Below, in pieces: positions 13,001 to 24,884 of a DNA stretch of 64,000 nucleotides. The translations under genes were made by a program, and so were the position numbers. Each line of letters opens with the position of its first letter. Positions within the stretch are counted from its first letter, which is position 1. The DNA lies in assembly GCA_002633005.1 (NCBI GenBank), contig NMRA01000011.1, positions 1,248,781 to 1,312,780 of the forward strand, given 5' to 3'. Below the pieces are notes generated by a model. That model ran no database searches and was not told the origin of the DNA. It was given only the letters and a program-made list of their open reading frames with translations. This stretch comes from Phoronis australis. Taxonomy: Eukaryota > Animalia > Phoronida.

Positions 13001-16000
13001 TATTGAGCAGGATAACTGGAAGAGTGGTTACTTTCGTTTATATTACCGTAACAGTAATGTAGAAAATAAACATTTGATTTCACTGACAAAACAAGAAGTA
13101 TAAATGATCAAAGCATGGTACAAGGATACATGTGGTACGCAGTGGAGGCTCGTAACAGGTTCTCTTTCAATCTGTTGACGTCAGCATTAAACTGTCGGAT
13201 TGACGACCTCACTTGAGCTGACAACTACAATAACAAGAGACATGTCGTGTATTCAATGTAGTCCTATAGTGACACTAACATAGTCAGCTGCAGTAGAGGG
13301 GTATGTTATCTCCGCTTTATATCTACTAATGCTGTCATCACTTGAATTTGTTCTTCTTTTAAATGCTCCATGTAATACGGCAGCTCAGAACATGGTCACT
13401 TAGTGTATCTTCTATCATGAAAATAATGTTATTGAGCAAAAAGATGCGGCTGTTGGTTTCAGAAAGTGTTCATTCAACAATAACCAACCGAAGAGGTGTC
13501 ACAAGATTTGATTTCCCACTCCAGGCCCATATATTAAGAGTGGGAGAAAGTGACACAAAAACTTGTGGTCATTGTTAAATAGAGAACAGTTTCACAAATA
13601 TGCAGCTAACAGGGATGAACTCTGAATTCTTTGTCAATATGTCATTTTAGTGTATCTAACTTCACTATCGTTGATTTGACCAGGTTATCAGATTTTGAAT
13701 TTTGTGACTGATTTGGGCCTCTAGCATACAGCGTGTAGAGAACACATCAAAGTAAAATCGAAAGTTTAGAAGCCAAGCATTGCAAACTTTCATAACACTA
13801 ACGGAGGGTAGACAAGCAGGCTGCAAACTATCATAACTATGATGAAGGCTAGACAAATAGGTTGCAAACTATCATAACTCTAATGAAGGCTAGACAAGCA
13901 GGCTGCAAACTATCATATCTCTAAAGAAGGCTATACAGGCAGGCTGCAAACTATCATAACTATAACGGAGGCTAGAAAAGCACACTATAAACTACCACAA
14001 CTCCAATAAAGGTTAGACCAGCAGGCTGCAAACTACCATAACTCTAATGGAGGCTAGACAAGCAGACTGTAAACTATCATAACTCCAACAGAGGTTAGAC
14101 AAGCAGGCTGCAAACGAGTCATACCCAGGCATTATATCAAGTCCTCTGTGCAGTAAGCCAGACTTTTCAAAAATTTCAATTTTAACCGCCCATGCTCGGC
14201 TTACCACCTACCCCATTTTTTAGATTCCCAACTTAAGCGCCCTGGGCGGTAACTCGGACAAGTACGGTAAGTCAATATATGTTATTTGTGTTTAGTTCCA
14301 GGTCTTAGGTGCAATGGGCCCGGCGGAGTGGCTTACGCATGTCTGACGCAACGGTAACAGATCACATGCACTGTAATTTTTTTTAAGGAGCAATGTCTCT
14401 TTTGCACATGTCTGCTTCATGTGCAATATTATCAAGACCCTTCAACAGTTGAACTGTTATCTTGATAAGCATCAGACTAAAGTACAAAACAATCCACTTA
14501 CAAACCAGATATGCCAAAATGAACAAGATTAATTTAAAAAAAAAGACTTGTGATCAAATGAAAACCTGTTTAACATCACAAATCACTAAGGACATTAGTT
14601 GAACTGGCACAAGCAATGGTGCACAGACTGTTGGAAGCAGTCCTCCTGGTGGTGGCGGTGGCGTCATACACTAGGACAGTCACAAGTCAAGGTGATGTCA
14701 CAAATGAGTTAAAAAACATTCAGATGATGATTCAAGGATTCCAAACTCAAATGACAGAACAGCTAAAATTGCAAGAGACCCAGATACGTGCCGTGGAAAA
14801 ACTGCTAGACAACGAGCTGAAGGCGATGCAAATGGAAACATCATCGATTAGAACCGAAATGAAAGCGATGCAGTCTGAGGTAGCTTTGGCAAGAGAGGAC
14901 ATCAAAAGAATGACCAACGAAACATCTTCAGTGAAGGCGGCCATGACATCACTTCAAGGTCAGGTGTTGCCGATGACAACTGGAATCAATTCTGTACAGT
15001 CTCAGATGTCATTGATGGTTGAGCAGCTAAATGTCACGCAAGGTCACTTGGGGTCAGTAAAGGATAGTGTCACAGCAGTTGAGAAAACCTTGTCATCTGT
15101 CGGCACCAAAACAAATGCAGTACAGTCTGGGATGACCACAATAAAGCAAGGCATAGAAAGGGTAGACAACAAAATGACAACAATGGCATCTCTAGTCAAC
15201 CAGTCCAAGGAAACAGTAGTATCATTGAATACACAGCAAAACCAATGCTGTCTTAAAACACAGAACTACATCACAACTCTCCTCTCCAAAATACAGATAC
15301 CCACAACACCAACTACTACTCCGGCACCAGCGAAACATTGTCCTAGAGACCTCATCCAGTTCAAAGACTCCTGCTACAAAGTTGGTAACCAGAAATCTGT
15401 ACCATTCAACCGTGCTGTAGAACTGTGCAAACAGGATGGGGCACATTTAGTTGCCATCGAGTCAAGCTCAGAGAACGAGTTCTTGAAGAAACTAGTACAT
15501 CAAGTAGCTGGTCCGCGAGCAAAAGTGTGGCTGGGTGGCTCAGATAGGGTACAAGAAGGTGTGTGGAGGTGGGAGTCTTCAGGCAGTATAATCAAGTATA
15601 CCAACTGGTACCTAGGTAGGCGTGGTTTGGTTTAGTATTTGCGCTTCCCAAAAAATTAAACTGTATAATTTCAATATCTAAAATCCAATGCTTGAATAAG
15701 TTTTTTGCAAACTACAAACTACCAACAATTGAGATTCTATTGCAGGTGAACCAGACAACCATTTAAAGTTGAACGAAGACTGCATGACCATGAACGCAGA
15801 AGACAACTACCAATGGCATGACATAGCCTGTATTATGGGCCGTGGATACATCTGTGAATTAGAACTTGTATAGACAATCCCATTGAAGACCAGCAATTAG
15901 TGTGGTCACAATTCACAAGGATACAGTGTGGTTTGGTACCAGCAACAACATACTGATGGAATAAAGCAAAAACTTCATGCAAAGCACTTTTGGTTCACAG

Positions 16001-19000
16001 TTTTAATATAAAGATTTTGTCAGTTACACTGTGTGCATTTTGATGAACCAATGTTGTAAAGTTGACGTTGAAATTACAGTATTTGATGAGGGCTTCTAAA
16101 AAAACTTAAAATTAATTGGGATGGGTGTTAACTCAAACAAGTGCACTAGTCAAGAGTGGGTGGTCAATTCAGGTTAACATTCAGGGATATGCAATGTATT
16201 TATGTTGCCAGTTGGCATGCAAGAGTCCAAAAACAAGTTTTGACTACATAGGGGTGGGAATATAACTGACCATGGAGTTCAATACTTTAAAGGGAAAATA
16301 TGAAAATTCATGGCTAAGTTTATAACTAACCTTTGGCGATTTGAACATTTATTGCTAGAGTGCTTCCACAAGTAGTAGAAAGAGTGGCTCAAAATTCATG
16401 GAATTATCGACCATTTTCATTTGATTATTCAATGACGTTTACAACTAAGTTAATGAAACCCTCAAAATTCATTCAAGGTGGTACCAGTCAAACAATTGTT
16501 CTATGTATACAGGTAATCATGCGACCCTTATTTGGCCAGGAATACACATATACATATACATATTATGTACCATAAGCGTTCGGGTTAACGCCCTGGGCGG
16601 TTAAATTGGCAAACCCAAAAAATCGGGGGGNGGGGGGGGAGGGAAGTTAACCAGACATGGGCGCTTAAACATGAAATTTCAAGAAATCCAGGGTGAGCGG
16701 TTAACTGAAAATGGGTGCTTATTATGACAGACAACCGCCCTGATCAGAGTACCACACAACACACGTACTCGGAACGCGTAGAACTTTTCAAAGAGCTTTA
16801 TCGTCAAGTCGCCAAATGCCGCTAAGTGTCATGACAGCGGACGATCTCAACAGATTAGTCAATCACCATTAAATTTACAAAATTGGTGAGTAATAGCCCT
16901 GTACCGTTCTGCGATCTTATTAGAGCTGTAGTGCGCAGATGACCAGTAACAATAACTTGGATTGCAACTATTCTCACGCGATGACACTTTAGAAATGCAC
17001 GTGTGCGGGAGCGAGCTTCACGTGTTGCAAAGGTCACAACAGACATCAAATTTATGCTGCTAGCTGTAAAGTTCCGAGTCAAAGACCAGTTTTAAAATTA
17101 ATGATGTAATAAAACTTTGAAAAACAAATTCAGGTGTTTTGTTGTTTTTGGGATGTTTATGTTGGAGATTAGATTAGATTAGATTAGACTCCGTGACTCA
17201 TTTTCAACATATGGTTCTGCGGCTAGCTGTTTTATCTCAACCGCCCGGCGTTGCCCACTTCCAATTGCGTGAAACATGCCATGCAAAGAAGATAAGAATC
17301 GGGGGTAAGCGGACATGAGCCAGTCGTAAATCAAAAGTTACCGCAAAGGCATTACCCAAAAACAAGCATTTGCTTAAGATTTTATTTTAAAATTACTAAC
17401 ACTATGACTGGGGATGAGTCTAGTGAGCGCGTACAGTAGAGTCCGAGGAAAAAATTACCAGTTCGTACACGTATCTGCGTCGGTAAAAAACAATTCGTAG
17501 ATGTAGCCCCAATTCTTCGGGTAACCGGCATCCGTGGTTTGCGTGGCTGTACGACTAAATTAGTGAAGAGTTTCAACTAGCAACGCATCCTTCCTGAGTC
17601 AGTGTTTTGCAACCACGACTCTGCGCTCGGCATAACGATCTGCAGGTCGCATTGGCAAGCCGAGATTATAGACGTCTTGTACCTGCCACCGGGAAATTCC
17701 AACCTACGCGAGCCGTTTTTTTGGGGGGGTGAGGGGTAAAATAGATAGGCCTACCTGGCAAACATAAAGCAACTCGAAAAACACATTTATTTTACACGCA
17801 ATATGATTATCCTATTGTAATATCATCTACGGTACTGGTCGGCCCTGCTGTTTGCGCGCAGTATGCCGTCACTAGACTTGGAAATTCCGTCAAGTAATTT
17901 AACAGCCTCTTTCAATATGGGTCTTGTTTTATGTGACAAAAGACAGCGGCTGGATTCAGCACGCGCGTAGGTATGAGTCATATGTCAATCACATATGTTG
18001 TTGTCAAGGTAACATGCACTCCAGAGTGTGGGAACTTACACGCGTACACCGCTTCACAGATCCCACATCAAAAGAGAACAGCGACAGCCCTACGTAAAGG
18101 AGTACACTGGCGTGACTCTGTACTTTTAAGCTGATGTTACAAAAAACCCAGTGTTTTACGATATTCCTCTGTTCCAATGACCCAAAACTACGATGTCAAG
18201 TCTGTTTCAATATTTCCGGGCTCGATGATCCCTGGACCCGATGTTCCAAGCCCGTAGCTAACTGCGTGCACGTCATTACCACTGTCGCCAATTTTCAATC
18301 AGTTACGTCGTAGATGTCTCAGACTCAAATGGTAAGAATTTTGTTCAGGCTGAAACTGCCCAATGTGGAAACAAAAATATTTGGGAAGCTAAAAGGCTAG
18401 GTGGTTACGATAATTCACAGTTACGCTTCTCGCAAGAAATTGTACTATAAAGAACCGCCAGCGACTTTGGCGGAATCTGCTAACGCCAACTTGTCTGAGA
18501 TGCAATAAGCGAAAAATGAAATTAGACTTGCAGTTTTTATTTCTTCAAGATGATACACAAACATCCAGTAACGTGTTGCCAACCTTTGAATTCAGACATC
18601 GAGAGACAGCAAATTGGCCAGCAAGGTACATTGTCCGTTCGGTCACTACACATCCTCGATAACCTGGCAATTACACTTATCAAAATAGGGAGAATTTGAC
18701 ATCTTTCAGTGAGTTATGGAAATTCTTCAAAATACGAGAGCTTCCTACCAAAAGTGAACTGGAAGGGTTGGCTAAACCACTGTCAAATTTCTCTGGCCCG
18801 ATTTTTTTTCGAATATATGTTTTATCTAGTTCACCGCAGACAGAAACGCAGCGCGGCAGACCACGTTGCTAAAAGTGGAAGCATTGAAGCCAGCTGGGTT
18901 CTTAAACTTTGCGAACATGGGAAGATAATAAAGTGACAAAATGTTCAAGTATTATATTTTGAAGTAAATCTATGACCCGAGACAAGAATTCGTTACTTGT

Positions 19001-22000
19001 ATTATAATTCACATTGCCAAAGCGCCGGCTCGGAGGCCGTCGTTGCACTCTAGTTGTGATCATTGATCTAAAAGTCGGGAATCGTGCATTTGCGGGGATG
19101 GGCGCTTAACTGAGAGGTGGGCGCTTAACTGGAAATCTTCAAAAATCGCAGATGGGCGGTTAACTGAGCAGTGGGCGGTTAAATCGAAAATTCACCTAAA
19201 GTAGGGGGTGGGCGGTTAACTGAGCATGGGCGTTAACCCGAACGTTTACGGTAAATGGTCCCACTCTATTTAGTGGGTCTTTTAATTTTGCAGCAGCACA
19301 CCAACATCTTCAACACAGTGGAGTACACCTCTGACTTCAATGCCTAATCAATGGAATGCACTGTGCATTATCACAGTCACCTGTCTGGCTCAGTTAAGAT
19401 ACTAACCTTAAAAATAAACAAAAAATAATTTCAGTACATTTGTACCTTGCACTTCGTTAATAGATATGAAATATTATGGCAGTCATCCAGAGGTCTGTTT
19501 ATCAGGGAATCTGAACTAAAGTTCTAGTGTGTGAGCAATTCCCATTGAGCTGTGACAATGAAACGCTGGGTGATCATGAACTAAAACTGGTGATTTTTCA
19601 AAATCTTTGGCATCTGAAAGTGGCCAAAGGTCTTTTAAACACCCAAAGAAATATAATGATAAAAATTGAACAGTAGATGCCTAAGGTTTGGGTTCCCTGG
19701 TACATATTGTTGAACTATTTTAGTAACTCTTAGGAAGATAATTCCCTGTGGCACTCGCGTTAACCAAAAGAGCACTGGACTACATTGATATCTGTATTTA
19801 ATAACTATTACAATAGATTACTCTTCCAAACTTGTGATCGTCTGTTACCAAATGGCCACATGTTGAATGTTATAAAATGAAAATATGTTTAAATTCAATT
19901 CAAATTAGTATGCATTTAATCAAATTAAGATTAATTAATTGCAGAATGTTTATGGTTCCCACCTTTGTATAAGCTGTGCTTGTCCGTGGTTCTCTGTTTC
20001 GCTGATTTAACTTTTCCATGATATCCTGACCCAGCCTGGTACAGGCATCATAGTCAGACAACCTGCAATAATAAAAAAGTTAAAAAGGAACACTTGTCCA
20101 ATTATTTTATTAAATAGTTAAAAATCTTCTGGTTGTGAGAAGCAGCTTGTCTTAGGACAAGTCAGACGCAAGCACCTGGAGCAGGGTTGCTGCGTTCATT
20201 TCTGAAACTGCTACCCCGTGTCAGACAGGAGAGTGACAATGTCATATCGAAAACGCCAAAACAAAAACCAACCCCACCAGTCATTCACCTTTCCAATTAG
20301 AACACCTGCAAGCGCTATCTGACAATATGTTAATTTGTTGTTCTCCAGTTATGAGCATTGATTTGTTGATACATACTATGTAGCACAGCACTAGTCATCC
20401 TTAATTGTGTTTAGTATGAAAAGTCGTCACTGCTCATTTTTCTGTGGTTTATGGTATAATAAACAATGGCGAGATGCATTTCTGGTGGTTGTGACGCCTC
20501 ATTCTTTGAACATAGTGTGGCTCTTCACTTGGCCATTTGACGTCAGAGAAGCACAGATATGGCACAAGTGTGTACAATAAACTTGTGTGGCGTGACACTA
20601 GCATTGAGTACGTTCATACGTCACACTCATGACCGAGAAGCTAAGAAAATTTCAATTAAAGTCGCTTTCCTTCTTTTTCTTTTCGTTTTTGGGATATCGA
20701 ATTTACGGTTGTGATATGCAAAGCTATCAAGGAAGGTTTAATGACGCCAGTCACTTGACAAAACACAGTAAATGGTGGATTTAAAGCACTTTTAAAAGCA
20801 TCACATTGAGGGACAACACATCTTCTGCCGATTGATCCTCGACCTTTTGACGCCAATGTATAGGGTCACAGCTCTGGCACGAGAACGTGCTCTGGAAAAA
20901 CCCCTTAATCACAGCCTCAATGCCCAAAACTCAAGTACCAGACCATCAACCACAACCTCAACACTGTCTATTGCCGCAGACTAATATCTCTAAACTCGTG
21001 CACTCAAAATGCTGTATACACGGATACTGATCTGGGTCGTTTCATAAAACTAACATTAATTTGGTCTCATGTTTCAAACAGTTATTTCAGACAGAAAAAT
21101 AATGAAATCTCAGTTGAGCAATGTGCAGTCCCTGAGAAAATAAGGACACCTACTAGCCACCAAGATATTTTCCATCAATTATTTCAGAATCACAACTAAT
21201 AAGGTTTACCTTAAAATCAAAGGGAATTTTAATTTTAAAAATACAATACCTAAACATTGAAAGATACAGAAAACCTGACAAACATTACAATGGAAAACCA
21301 TACAGTAGCAAATTGATAAACAGGAGACCAAAGGGTTACAGGAGACTGAGAATGAAATAGTGGTTCATGATGGGCTAGGGGCAGATCTCCATTCAACATT
21401 TGGATTCAATTGTTTGTTGCTTGGTCTTGACAAAAGAGGGCAGCACGTTTATGTTTCAAGGGTCTCCTGCAAAATGGTCAACATTTTCTACTACTTGCAA
21501 TTTCAAGACTCAGTCTGCAAACTGATGACATCTTTAAGAGATGATTTTTTCACTATAAATCCACTTACCCTTATAAAATTTCTTGCTAATTGTTCTTTAC
21601 TGAAATATTGGAGGTGGTTTCAGGGCTTTGGCGGAAAGAACTAAAGTTCATTAAATGCTCGAGACCACACCAGGCACTACAAGTTGACTCGTCACTATTT
21701 GTCATTTTATGTGTGAAGCATAGTCTCAAGGAATAATGAGCCTCGTTTTCAACATGTTGGTGTGGCCGTATAGAACTTAAGGTTATGTAAAACCTAATCA
21801 ACATGTCTGCGCATTTACCCAAATACAAAATTTAATTCAGTGAGCTGGTATTTGAGCTTTTCCTTATATCAATGTTCCAGTACTTAGGTCATGTGACCAT
21901 GTTTTTTAGCAACATTTGCTAAGATATTCCATTTTCTGGTGTTAAAATACTATTAAGTAAAACCAAAATTCCGATAATTTATTATGACATGTACCCAACC

Positions 22001-24551
22001 TTGTGGAAGAACAGTTGATGAAAAATAAATTGACCAATAGGTGACGCTCTATTTCATGGCACTGAAACCTGATGCATAAGATCTCTCCACATACTTACCA
22101 ACTGAATAACAATGGAACTGCAACTTTTTTAGCACCAGTAACTAATTTAGTTTACTCATGGAAGTATGTAATTTTGATACTAATTTTATGTCAGATTTAA
22201 TTACAATTTTTTACTTACAACAGAACAAAACTGTATATTTGTGTACAGCTTTGCACCAAGGCTAGCTAGTGGCAATGGTTGAATATTATTGGGCCTTAAT
22301 TTAGACAACCAGTTATTTCAGAGATTGCCTTGTTCTAAATCAGTGTCCACTATATCCTACCACTGCCCCAGCTGACAAGCTGGCTGGTAGACAATACCAC
22401 TGTCTCAACTAGCCACAGTACCTTTTGTGGCATAGATGGACATAGCGAGTGACCAGTCTTTACTGGCTCCACAGTAGAGACAGTGAAGCTCATATAGGCG
22501 CTTCATACGCCGGCAGAGGTTCGGCAAATTATGCCTTGTACTGACCAAAACATCAATGCTACGTTGTTTTAAATACATTTTGCCCATAGAAGGACACCTT
22601 AGGAGGCCGTCGATGTATTTAATTCCTTCCAACTCGAACAAAAACTCCCGTTATCAAACTTTTTCTTCGAGCAAAAACTCCCGTTATCAAACTTTTTCTT
22701 CAAGCAGTCCCACATTCAGTTTCCGAAATCGGTAACTCACCATTCTTAACACTGCACACGCCAGGGGATATGACGTCATACCACCTGCCGCGCGAAGTGT
22801 TACCGATTTTGGGTACTGAACGAGAAAAAAAAGTTTGATAACGGGAGTATTTGTTCGAGTTGGAAGGAACTGTATACATCAACGGCATCCTAAGGTGTCC
22901 CTTTGTGAGGAAAAGATATTTATAACAATGTGACTTTGATGTTTTAGTCAGTGCAAGGCATAATTCGCCGAAAAGCTTCCGGTGTATGAAGTACCTATAG
23001 AAACTCCACTGTCCTACATGCCAGTGGTCACTATCTAAGATGGACACTGAGGAGGCCACTGATGCCTTAAACTCTTCAAGGTTCAAACAAATAATCCCTC
23101 AATCAAGCATTTTTCCAACCATCCTTCATTCAGAAGCCCAAATCGGTAACTGGTCATACTTTAATTGCTCATGCCAGGGGTATGATTATATATGTATTGA
23201 AGAGAAAAGACAGACCGTACACTCCCACAGCAACTAAACTACAGTATTAAACATATAGTGAACATGGATTATTATTTATTTTTTGAAGCGAAGACAGACC
23301 GTACAGTCCGTACACTTGTTACTTGTATACTGGGGAGCCCAATGTTCGTCCGCCTAAGCATAAAACCGACTTGCTGTTGTACTCACCGAATTATTCCACT
23401 TCAAAGTTATGATCTGAATAGGATTCGATTTAACTCTCACAGATATACCGCATTCATCGATTCGGAAGTTTTCTTTAATTTGTGCCGAGTTATTTCAAAT
23501 GTGCACTGCCTTCGGCAGCCATTTTATTGTGACACCTAAGTTCGTCATATGCTGCCCCCTTTTGTAAAAACTGAGAAACATGCAGAAAAAGGCCAACGAA
23601 GTAATGAAAATTGCAACAGCCTGTTTTTATTGACATAAACTCGATTTGAAGCTTTGATGTTGAGCTCTGCACTGTGGTTTCCAATAAAAGCCAATTGGAC
23701 AACATTTCAATGCAGTTTAATGGTGAATGCGTGAGGCAAAAATGTTAAGAACCCAGCGTATCGCATTTGTCTGCGGATTTTTCCTTTGGCCTTCTAGATC
23801 CTACTAGTGCCTGGGACAAACAGATACATTGCATAAACAAACCCTGGATCATGTTTTGTGTCCCGTCGGAAGAAAATTTAAATTCGAAAACATCTTCTGA
23901 AAACGCACAAAAAAGTGTATTAGTAAAATCTACTGATTTTTAAGTGGTTTTAAAAAACAATCGGTAAACTCACCGATTTTTGTCTCATTACTTTGATACG
24001 TGTCTCTTCCGATAAGTTAGTACCTAACGTGCAGACGAGAACTCCAAATTGGAACGCTAAGTCCCGCGTGGTTGCGCTGCACGCGAAACAAGATGGCGGA
24101 CGAACTTTGGAGCCTGACGAAAATAGGTAACCGGACGATACATTATAGGCCTAGCAATAAAACTATGGTGTGGCGGAGGAAGTTCATGTTGGGGGTCAAA
24201 ATGTTGGAAAATGGTAGAAAACTACGAATTAACAGACAGTTTTGCTCAGTGTTGACATGTGTCTGCCAACTCCAAATGACTTCCGCGTTAACCCGCGTGT
24301 CGTGAACCAGCAGTGCAGCACTCACAACAATCAACATTTACAATTACAGAACAGGAGTGAGAAAAATGGAAAGGGAGTGCGTTAGCTATTTCTCAGAGAA
24401 AGAGTTGGAGATTTCGAAGATAATAATTTTACAAATGCTCATGGGAATGAAATAATTGTGAGGAACTTCAAAATTTAACACCATTCCCTGTTCAATTATT
24501 GTTTAGACGATCACGGGACATGAAAACAACTCACCATGAATCGCCAGCCAT
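4033..24551 (-). CDS. STX8: Syntaxin-8 (Qc-SNARE), 8 coding exons, 236 aa
   Basis: Hand-spliced exons on the minus strand: 24551-24535 (MAGDSW), 20062-19963 (LSDYDACTRLGQDIMEKLNQRNREPRTSTAYTK), 13224-13130 (LSAQVRSSIRQFNADVNRLKENLLRASTAYHI), 12195-12088 (TQREVDRRQVMMDTLLTKEKQIDQAFKND..), 11172-11042 (..SDPWGEAQETEQTRNLSGAEIRQHQQHLIRE), 9644-9552 (QDRGLDGLANVVARQKQMALDIGDEVDYHN), 6308-6207 (EIIDDITDHTDRTHTRLIKETRHVAIIEKKSGSC), 4097-4033 (AMLVVIVFLFIAIIVVAVVPS*). All phases are compatible and the total is 711 nt. The SNARE motif, C-terminal TM anchor and N-terminus match syntaxin-8 as I recall it. Confidence 0.95.
5069..5472. mobile_element. MITE (related to the 33949-34328 family)
   Basis: TIRs GTGGCCAGTTTCACGAAAC..TAAGGACTCG / CGAGTCCTTA..GTTTCATGAAACTGGCCAC. 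Confidence 0.7.
6461..6680 (+). mobile_element. tRNA-derived SINE copy
   Basis: GGCAGTGTGGCCAAGTGG (A-box-like) head and a body/3' end (GTGATCAGTGCAATG..CCAGACCACCTGCAATTATTTTT) shared with the copies at 26954, 44256 and 45750. Confidence 0.75.
7114..7695 (-). mobile_element. Helitron/Helentron-like non-autonomous element (3' end at 7114; other end approximate)
   Basis: 11-bp stem ATTATTGTCAC-gggc-GTGACAATAAT (7124-7149) a few nt before CTAGTT on the minus strand; internal repeated AATGACC motifs. Confidence 0.45.
12196..13129 (-). other. U12-type (minor spliceosome) GT-AG intron of STX8
   Basis: Donor GTATCCTTG (13129-13121). TCCTTAGC branch-like motif about 12-20 nt upstream of the 3' AG. 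No polypyrimidine tract next to the AG. Confidence 0.85.
13775..14115. repeat. 41-bp minisatellite, ~8 copies
   Basis: Unit approximately GGCTAGACAAGCAGGCTGCAAACTATCATAACTCTAATGAA. Confidence 0.9.
14165..14269. mobile_element. Diverged terminal fragment of the TACCGTA-ended TIR family
   Basis: TTAACCGCCCATGCTCGG..TAAGCGCCCTGGGCGGTAACTCGGACAAGTACGGTA resembles the ends of 16568-19253 and 55644-55749. Confidence 0.6.
14616..15873 (+). CDS. Secreted C-type lectin with long coiled-coil stalk (2 coding exons: 14616-15615, 15746-15873; 375 aa)
   Basis: Signal peptide (MVHRLLEAVLLVVAVAS..), about 200 aa of heptad-like Q/M/T/S/L-rich helix, a CC pair, a PT-rich linker, then a CTLD (CPRDLIQFKDSCY..C..AHLVAIES..ENEFL..VWLGG..EGVWRW..YTNW). 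A 130-nt GT-AG intron (15616-15745) joins GEPDNHLKLNEDCMTM..WHDIACIMGRGYICELELV*. AATAAA at 15960-15965. Confidence 0.92.
16568..19253. mobile_element. 2.7-kb non-autonomous TIR DNA transposon (Tc1/mariner/pogo-like TA ends)
   Basis: TACCATAAGCGTTCGGGTTAACGCCC / GGGCGTTAACCCGAACGTTTACGGTA terminal inverted repeats, multiple subterminal GGGCGGTTAA/GGGCGCTTAA repeats, CpG-rich interior, no intact transposase ORF. Confidence 0.8.
22447..23032. repeat. Long imperfect palindrome / foldback element centred on TGACGTCA (22771-22778)
   Basis: The left arm (..TTATGCCTTGTACTGACCAAAACATCAA..GGACACCTTAGGA..TTCCTTCCAACTCGAACAAAAACTCCCGTTATCAAACTTTTT) is the reverse complement of the right arm (AAAAAGTTTGATAACGGGAGTATTTGTTCGAGTTGGAAGGAA..TCCTAAGGTGTCC..TTGATGTTTTAGTCAGTGCAAGGCATAA..). 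Confidence 0.85.
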
Positions 24552-24884
24552 TTTTAAAAAGATGAATTTATCAAATCATTAAAATTCATATAAAAGCAAG
24601 TTAATATGCCTTTATTGGTACTATTGATTTTTAAAACTAAAAATTACCCTAAATTAATTATTTACTTGTACTAAACATAGATTGGCTATTTGACTGTTCC
24701 AGGTCTAATCTTTGCATAAGCACTTCATAAATTTGTGTTTTAGGACACCCGTGACCTGGCTGTACAGTGCGCATGCCCGTTAACCTTTGGTACAACTTTA
24801 TTAACTTTCAGAACTTTATCGGGGTTTATGTGTTCACTGGGTTTCCGTTACAAATGTCACGCTTAAAGGGAAAGAAAATCAAGT
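24552..24884. promoter_or_regulatory. Probable shared bidirectional promoter between STX8 and fringe
   Basis: The divergent ATGs are only 333 bp apart. Contains ATTGG (CCAAT-box, ~24681) and an NRF1-like GTGCGCATGC (~24767). Confidence 0.55.

Noticed and set aside
13775-14115. Regular 41-bp repeats as a possible CRISPR array
   Set aside because: Head-to-tail units without unique spacers, in a eukaryotic intron.
22405-23086. ORFs within the palindrome as transposase fragments
   Set aside because: No DDE/HTH-like motifs visible; the region is explained by the inverted repeat.
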